Of a DNA stretch of 64,000 nucleotides, positions 58,887 to 64,000 are shown piece after piece. The number at the start of each line of letters is the position of its first letter. The stretch's first letter is position 1. The stretch comes from a virus, in IMG/VR virus record IMGVR_UViG_3300027741_000030, positions 32,001 through 96,000 of that record. One strand, 5' to 3'. A model generated the notes under the pieces. It was not told the DNA's origin and did not search any database. It saw only the letters and a program-made list of their open reading frames with translations. The position numbers were made by a program, and so were the translations under genes.

Positions 58887-60145
58887 ATACAGAAGCTACA
58901 TTAATTTCTGCTGTTTGTAAAAACAAAGATATCAGCACACTATTGGCAGATAACGTAGATGATTTATTTACCTCTCATAAAGACATTTGGGAAGGTCTTA
59001 AGTCATACTATTATAAATTTAAAGCTGTTCCAGAGGTAGGAATTCTTCAAGAAAAGTTTAAAGACTTTGAGCCAGTAGATACAAAAGCAGAGACAGGCTA
59101 CTACCTAGATACATTAAAGAATGAATTTTTATCTGCAAAACTAAAGAATATACTTTTAAAAAGTGGGTCTGCATTAAAAGAAGATGCTGCCTCTAGAGTT
59201 CTTGAGCAAATGCAAAGCCAGCTAGCTAGCTTAAGTAGATTTACAAACAATGTACGAGACTTAGATATTACAGATGCAGATGCAGCAATTAGGCATATGG
59301 AGTTGTTACGTGTTAGGTCTGCCGAAATGGGAGGATCTCCAGGCATCAAGACGGGCTTTGAGGCTATTGATTTAGCATATCCAACAGGTATGGCTCCAGG
59401 CCACCTGATTGTTGCTATTGGTTGGCCAGGCCGTGGTAAGACATGGTTTACCTCATACCTTGCATGCAAAGCATGGGAGCAAGGATTTAAGCCAATGATT
59501 GTTTCTCTTGAAATGTCTCCAGAAAATATGCGTGACCGTATTTACACCATGCTAGGCTCTGGATTATTTAAGGCTTCTGATTTTTCAAAGGGCAATATTA
59601 ATATAGATGATTTTCGTTCTTGGTCACAGAAGAAGTTTGAAAATAAGAACAGCTTTATTTTAATTTCAAATGAAGGAAATACTGAAGTTACTCCAGCAAC
59701 TATTCAGGGTAAAATAGATCAGCATAAGCCAGACTTAGTTATTCTTGATTACCACCAGCTATTTAATGATAACAAGCGAAGCAATTCTGAAGTTGAGCGT
59801 AACCGAAATGTTTCTCGTGAATTTAAGATGCTAGCGGTATCTAATAATATTCCAATTATTGATATTACAGCAGCAACTGCAGACGATGTTTCAGACCAAG
59901 ATAACCCACCAATGATGTCTCAAGTTGCCTGGTCAAAGGCAATTGAGTATGATGCAGACATGGCTATGGCTGTACATAGATACCCAGGTACAAATATGAT
60001 TGAGATTGTATCACGCAAGAATCGACATGGACACGAGTTTGGTTTATACTTAGATTGGGATATCAACAGGGGTATCGTCAAAGAAATTTATGAGAATCCA
60101 TTCCAAAATAATGAATCACAAACCAATCAAAAGATTTCAAATTAG
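58883..60145 (+). CDS. dnaB: DnaB-like replicative helicase
   Basis: TGF..ID, Walker A GWPGRGKT, SLEM, ILDY.QL, IEYDAD, KNRHG. Confidence 0.93.
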   Translation: MNTEATLISAVCKNKDISTLLADNVDDLFTSHKDIWEGLKSYYYKFKAVPEVGILQEKFKDFEPVDTKAETGYYLDTLKNEFLSAKLKNILLKSGSALKEDAASRVLEQMQSQLASLSRFTNNVRDLDITDADAAIRHMELLRVRSAEMGGSPGIKTGFEAIDLAYPTGMAPGHLIVAIGWPGRGKTWFTSYLACKAWEQGFKPMIVSLEMSPENMRDRIYTMLGSGLFKASDFSKGNINIDDFRSWSQKKFENKNSFILISNEGNTEVTPATIQGKIDQHKPDLVILDYHQLFNDNKRSNSEVERNRNVSREFKMLAVSNNIPIIDITAATADDVSDQDNPPMMSQVAWSKAIEYDADMAMAVHRYPGTNMIEIVSRKNRHGHEFGLYLDWDINRGIVKEIYENPFQNNESQTNQKISN

Positions 60146-60401
60146 AGTTGAATTTCTAGACGACTCTGATATTATTCGAATTAAGCATCAATACGAAAGT
60201 ATGCTTACGCATCAGATGAGAGATAAAGGATATCTTAGGGTACTTGACATAGATACCAACTTTTCGGTAGAATTTGACGGTACAACATGGGTGTTCTTAA
60301 TGACACTCTATGGAACATATGTGGGAAAGAAGAAAGCATGGCAATCAGAAGCAATTACGCAAGGAAAGCTGATCCCACGCACTACGCTATCTCGCAAGTA
60401 A
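60111..60401 (+). CDS. Hypothetical protein
   Basis: MNHKPIKRF...; lies between helicase and primase, overlapping both. Confidence 0.6.
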   Translation: MNHKPIKRFQIRVEFLDDSDIIRIKHQYESMLTHQMRDKGYLRVLDIDTNFSVEFDGTTWVFLMTLYGTYVGKKKAWQSEAITQGKLIPRTTLSRK

Positions 60402-61330
60402 AAGCAATTGTAAAAGCTTTAGGGCTTCATGAAACTTCAGAAGCAAATAATAATTTACTTCTATATTGTCCTTTTCATTCCAATAGACATACTGCAAGCT
60501 TTAGCATTAGCTGCGAAAATGGAGCATGGCTATGCTATAACCCAGCATGCGGAGAGTCTGGTAATTTAGTTGAGCTTGTTAAAAGAATACTACACAAAAA
60601 TGATTTTGAAGCACTAAGGTTTATTGCAGCTAAGCAAAACGAAACTCTAGAAAATTTTGATGAACTTCTTGAAGGCATAATAGAAGATAAGCCAGAATTT
60701 GAAAAGTTTCCTGAAGAAACTCTTGTAAAGCTTTCTAATGAGTTAGCTTCGACACAAGAAGGAAAAGATTATTTTAAGTCTAGAGGCATAGAGCAGCAAT
60801 CAATTATTGACTTTAATTTAGGCTACTCTAAAAATATGGGAATGGTAACTGTCCCAGTGCATAGCCCAGACGGAGTTGCTATTGGAATTGTCGGTAGATC
60901 AATCGAAGGAAAGTCATTTAAAAATAGTACAAATTTACCTAAAAGCAAAACAATGTTTAATATACATCGTGCTAAAAAAATTGGCAGCAATGTAATAGTA
61001 GTTGAGTCTAGCTTTGATGCGATACGTGTTCACCAGGCTGGATTTCCAAATGTTGTAGCAACACTTGGAGGATCTTTGTCGTCAGAGCAGCAAAGGCTCC
61101 TAAATAAATATTTCAGCACAATCGTTATAATGACTGATGCTGATGAAGCTGGTCGTGAGCTTGGACTAAGTATTGCAAATAGATTAAATGCAAAAGATAT
61201 CTTGTGGGCTTCTTATGATTATGGTAAGATATACCCTCATGACGCAAAAGATGTAGGAGATATGACAGAAGAAGAGATACAGAAATGTATTAAAAATTCT
61301 GTATCTCATATTGAATATGTCAGTTGGTAA
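60338..61330 (+). CDS. dnaG: DNA primase (CHC2 zinc finger plus TOPRIM)
   Basis: CPFH...SF...CYNPAC; VVESSFD; MTDADEAG; KDVGD. Confidence 0.92.
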   Translation: MAIRSNYARKADPTHYAISQVKAIVKALGLHETSEANNNLLLYCPFHSNRHTASFSISCENGAWLCYNPACGESGNLVELVKRILHKNDFEALRFIAAKQNETLENFDELLEGIIEDKPEFEKFPEETLVKLSNELASTQEGKDYFKSRGIEQQSIIDFNLGYSKNMGMVTVPVHSPDGVAIGIVGRSIEGKSFKNSTNLPKSKTMFNIHRAKKIGSNVIVVESSFDAIRVHQAGFPNVVATLGGSLSSEQQRLLNKYFSTIVIMTDADEAGRELGLSIANRLNAKDILWASYDYGKIYPHDAKDVGDMTEEEIQKCIKNSVSHIEYVSW

Positions 61331-61388
61331 TGCTATACTAATAATACAGATGGATCTATACCATCGACTATATAAATAAGGAGATACA

Positions 61389-62060
61389 ATGGGTATCGTT
61401 AAAGGACTAAAAGACCTAAATAAGGTTATGGATGCACCGCAACACTCAGGCGGAGACGGAGTGAAAGCACGTTGGGCGAAGCTAGAAGATGCAGAAAGCG
61501 TAAAGGTTCGTTTTCTTCAAGAGCTTGATCCAGATTCACCAACATACAACGAAAAAGCTGGACTTGGTTTTATTGCAGTAGAACACACCAATCCAAAAGA
61601 CTATCGTCGCAAGGCACTTTGCACAATGGAGGATCAAGGCAAATGTTACGGTTGCGAACAACACAGAAAAGATTACAAGGCAGGATGGAAGGGTCGTTCA
61701 AGACTTTACATCAATGTACTAATTGATGATGGAAAAGAAGATCCATATGTTGCAATTCTTTCACAGGGTTCAAGCGGAAAAACAATTACGCCAACTTTAA
61801 TTGAATATGCAGGAGAAATGGGATCAATCACAAATCTAATGTGGCGTGTTAAGCGTTCAGGAACAAAGACTGATACAAGCTACACAATTATTCCACTTGC
61901 AAAAGATGAATCACCATTTGATTCATCATCACTTGAACTGTACGATTTAGAAACAACTGCAGTTCGTGATCTACCATACACTGAGCAAGAATCATTCTTC
62001 GCTGGTGAAGGCGGACATACAGAAGAAGCTTCTGCATCAAGCAGCAGCGTAGACTGGTAA
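61389..62060 (+). CDS. Single-stranded DNA-binding protein (gp32-like)
   Basis: VRFL, H...C...CYGC zinc site, RSG..TDTSY, acidic tail ending DW. Confidence 0.8.
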   Translation: MGIVKGLKDLNKVMDAPQHSGGDGVKARWAKLEDAESVKVRFLQELDPDSPTYNEKAGLGFIAVEHTNPKDYRRKALCTMEDQGKCYGCEQHRKDYKAGWKGRSRLYINVLIDDGKEDPYVAILSQGSSGKTITPTLIEYAGEMGSITNLMWRVKRSGTKTDTSYTIIPLAKDESPFDSSSLELYDLETTAVRDLPYTEQESFFAGEGGHTEEASASSSSVDW

Positions 62061-62070
62061 ATTAAATAGT

Positions 62071-62112
62071 TAGGGGCAGTCTATTGACTGCCCCTATTCT
62101 ATTTGATAGAAT
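62071..62112 (+). terminator. Terminator hairpin overlapping -35 of next promoter
   Basis: TAGGGGCAGTC-TATT-GACTGCCCCTA; TTGACT-N17-TAGAAT. Confidence 0.8.
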
Positions 62113-62118
62113 GACATC

Positions 62119-62322
62119 ATGATTTCATATGATATTCCAGATCCTTTTGAAACATTTGTAGCTAAAAAATATGCTAAAGCTAAAGGCTATGTATATGATT
62201 TTTTTGGTAGAGAATGGCATTATAAATGTACATGCAATGAAATACTATATGGTCCAACAAGAAAAACTATGACTAAGATAAGACTTTATCATACAAGAAA
62301 CGAATGCACAGGCGGATACTAA
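62119..62322 (+). CDS. Small Cys/His protein (leaderless)
   Basis: CTC...H...C; ATG 6 nt after -10. Confidence 0.65.
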   Translation: MISYDIPDPFETFVAKKYAKAKGYVYDFFGREWHYKCTCNEILYGPTRKTMTKIRLYHTRNECTGGY

Positions 62323-64000
62323 TGAGTTTTACACACCTACATGTTCATTCATACTACTCATTAATGGATGGGCTAAATTCGCCTAAAGAATTATGTCAGG
62401 CAGCATTAGATGCGGGACAAACAGCAATTGCAATCACAGACCATGGAACATTGTCATCTCATCGTGATATGCAAATTGCAGCAAAAGAATTAGGAATAAA
62501 ACCAATACTTGGAGTAGAAGCGTACATTTCGCCTACAGATAGATTTGATCGCTCCTCTAAAACAGATAAATCAATTCAGGCATACAATCACATCATACTT
62601 CTTGCAAAAAATAAGAAGGGCCTAGAAAATATAAATATTTTACAGGAGCTGGCATGGAACGAAGGTTTTTATCATAAGCCTCGTATTGATAGAGAGGTTT
62701 TAAATGATTATAGCGAAGGTATTATCGTTCTTAGCGGATGTCTTAATGGACTCATTAGTAAGGCTATCGATAAAGGTAACATGGAGGAAGCAGAACTTCT
62801 TCTCAAAAGCTTTAAACAAACTTTCGGACAAGATTTTTACGTGGAAGTGCAATCACATAACCCTGTGGAGATCAACTCTGCCCTTCTAGAATTAGCAGAT
62901 AAACTTGGAATTAAAGCGGTGGCAACAGGAGATGCTCACTTTGCTAAAGAAGAAGATAGAATCCTAGAAGAAGCATTATTGATTCTATCAACATCTCCTA
63001 AGTTTGATAAAGATGCTGACTTTGATATGTCTAGAAATATGAAAGATATGTTAGATAGATTTAATTATCTTTATTCTGACCGTAAAATTTCATTTCAAGG
63101 TATGAATTTATTTATTCAAAGCCGTTCTGAGATAGAGGCAGACTTTAATAAATCTGGAATTAATAGAACAGACATCTATGATAATACAATGGAAATTGCA
63201 GACAAGATAGGAGAATATGACTTCTATCAGGGATTAGACCTACTGCCAGTTCCTAAAACAGATGCCGATGAAAGGCTTAGGGAGTTGGCTGAAAATGGCT
63301 TAGATAGGCTTCAGAAGGCTTCTGACCCTGCGTACATTAATAGACTTAACGAAGAGCTATCTATTATTGCTAAGAAAAACTTTGCTTCATACTTCTTGGT
63401 GGTGGGAGATATGATTAATTGGGCTAAAGAAAATGATATTCGTGTTGGTCCTGGCCGTGGCTCAGCTGCTGGATCATTGGTTTGCTATGCCTTGGGAATT
63501 ACAGATGTAGATCCAATTGAATATAACCTATTGTTTTTTAGATTTATTAATGAAGAGCGTAATGACTTTCCAGATATTGACACCGACTTCGAAGACCGTC
63601 GCCGCAAAGAAGTTAAGGATTATTTAAAGAAAAAGTTTAAGCATGTGGCATCAATTTCAACATACACTTATTTTAAAGATAAGGGTGTGGTTAGAGATGC
63701 TGCTCGTGTATTTATGGTTCCGCTTCAAGAAGTAAACCGTGCATTAAAAACTGTTGATACATTTGAAGACTTTATTGATTCTCCAAATACAAAAGAGTTT
63801 AGAATGAAATACCCAGAGGTAGTTTGGCTTGCAGATAGGTTGCGTGGAAGAATTCGTTCAGTTGGAGTTCATGCTGCAGGTGTTGTAGTTGCTAAAGATG
63901 ACTTAAGAAAGTTTGCCCCAGTAGAGTCTCGTGAAGATTCACAAGATAAAGTGTCTGGAAGAATTCCTGTTGTTGCATACGATATGGATACAGTTGCGGA
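62322..64000 (+). CDS. dnaE: DNA polymerase III alpha subunit (3' truncated; absent from ORF track)
   Basis: MSFTHLHVHSYYSLMDG, AITDHG, GPGRGSAAGSLV.Y.LGIT, PDIDTDF, HAAGVV. Confidence 0.95.
   Translation, partial: MSFTHLHVHSYYSLMDGLNSPKELCQAALDAGQTAIAITDHGTLSSHRDMQIAAKELGIKPILGVEAYISPTDRFDRSSKTDKSIQAYNHIILLAKNKKGLENINILQELAWNEGFYHKPRIDREVLNDYSEGIIVLSGCLNGLISKAIDKGNMEEAELLLKSFKQTFGQDFYVEVQSHNPVEINSALLELADKLGIKAVATGDAHFAKEEDRILEEALLILSTSPKFDKDADFDMSRNMKDMLDRFNYLYSDRKISFQGMNLFIQSRSEIEADFNKSGINRTDIYDNTMEIADKIGEYDFYQGLDLLPVPKTDADERLRELAENGLDRLQKASDPAYINRLNEELSIIAKKNFASYFLVVGDMINWAKENDIRVGPGRGSAAGSLVCYALGITDVDPIEYNLLFFRFINEERNDFPDIDTDFEDRRRKEVKDYLKKKFKHVASISTYTYFKDKGVVRDAARVFMVPLQEVNRALKTVDTFEDFIDSPNTKEFRMKYPEVVWLADRLRGRIRSVGVHAAGVVVAKDDLRKFAPVESREDSQDKVSGRIPVVAYDMDTVA

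Noticed and set aside
58883-64000. Inteins or introns in helicase, primase, DnaE (and RNR)
   Set aside because: Motif spacing and lengths are normal; no splice-junction or homing-endonuclease motifs seen in the visible parts
1-64000. Prophage or host-flank boundary
   Set aside because: No integrase, att site, repressor cassette or cellular housekeeping block; composition is uniform

Overview
A 64-kb, AT-rich (roughly one-third GC by eye) segment of a large tailed dsDNA phage with siphovirus-type morphogenesis genes. The host is most plausibly an actinobacterium, possibly a low-GC freshwater lineage; this is inferred from numerous leaderless genes, the holin type and gene order. Order along the window: accessory region (two sulfotransferase-like genes, tRNA-Ile(UAU), membrane microproteins, flavin-dependent halogenase, 2OG-Fe(II) oxygenase, candidate sRNA, secreted lysozyme-like enzyme); class II RNR; holin-like gene; about 23 kb of tail-fibre/adhesin genes interleaved with oxygenase modules; head genes; tail genes (chaperone with -1 frameshift, 2497-aa tape measure); replication genes (DnaB helicase, primase, SSB, DnaE truncated at the window edge). 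Top candidates for undescribed biology: (1) a duplicated cassette of Mtd_N fibre, then a tip protein ending in (FFxPPx)n repeats, then separately promoted prolyl-hydroxylase-like genes, suggesting enzymatic tailoring of a virion peptide; (2) a tape measure protein carrying cargo domains, including an R-S-E ADP-ribosyltransferase, each preceded by the same delimiter motif; (3) a stand-alone ~60-nt RNA whose terminator loop is complementary to an AGGCGGA element upstream of nrdJ, dnaB and dnaE. All family assignments are from motif recognition by eye; no searches were run.
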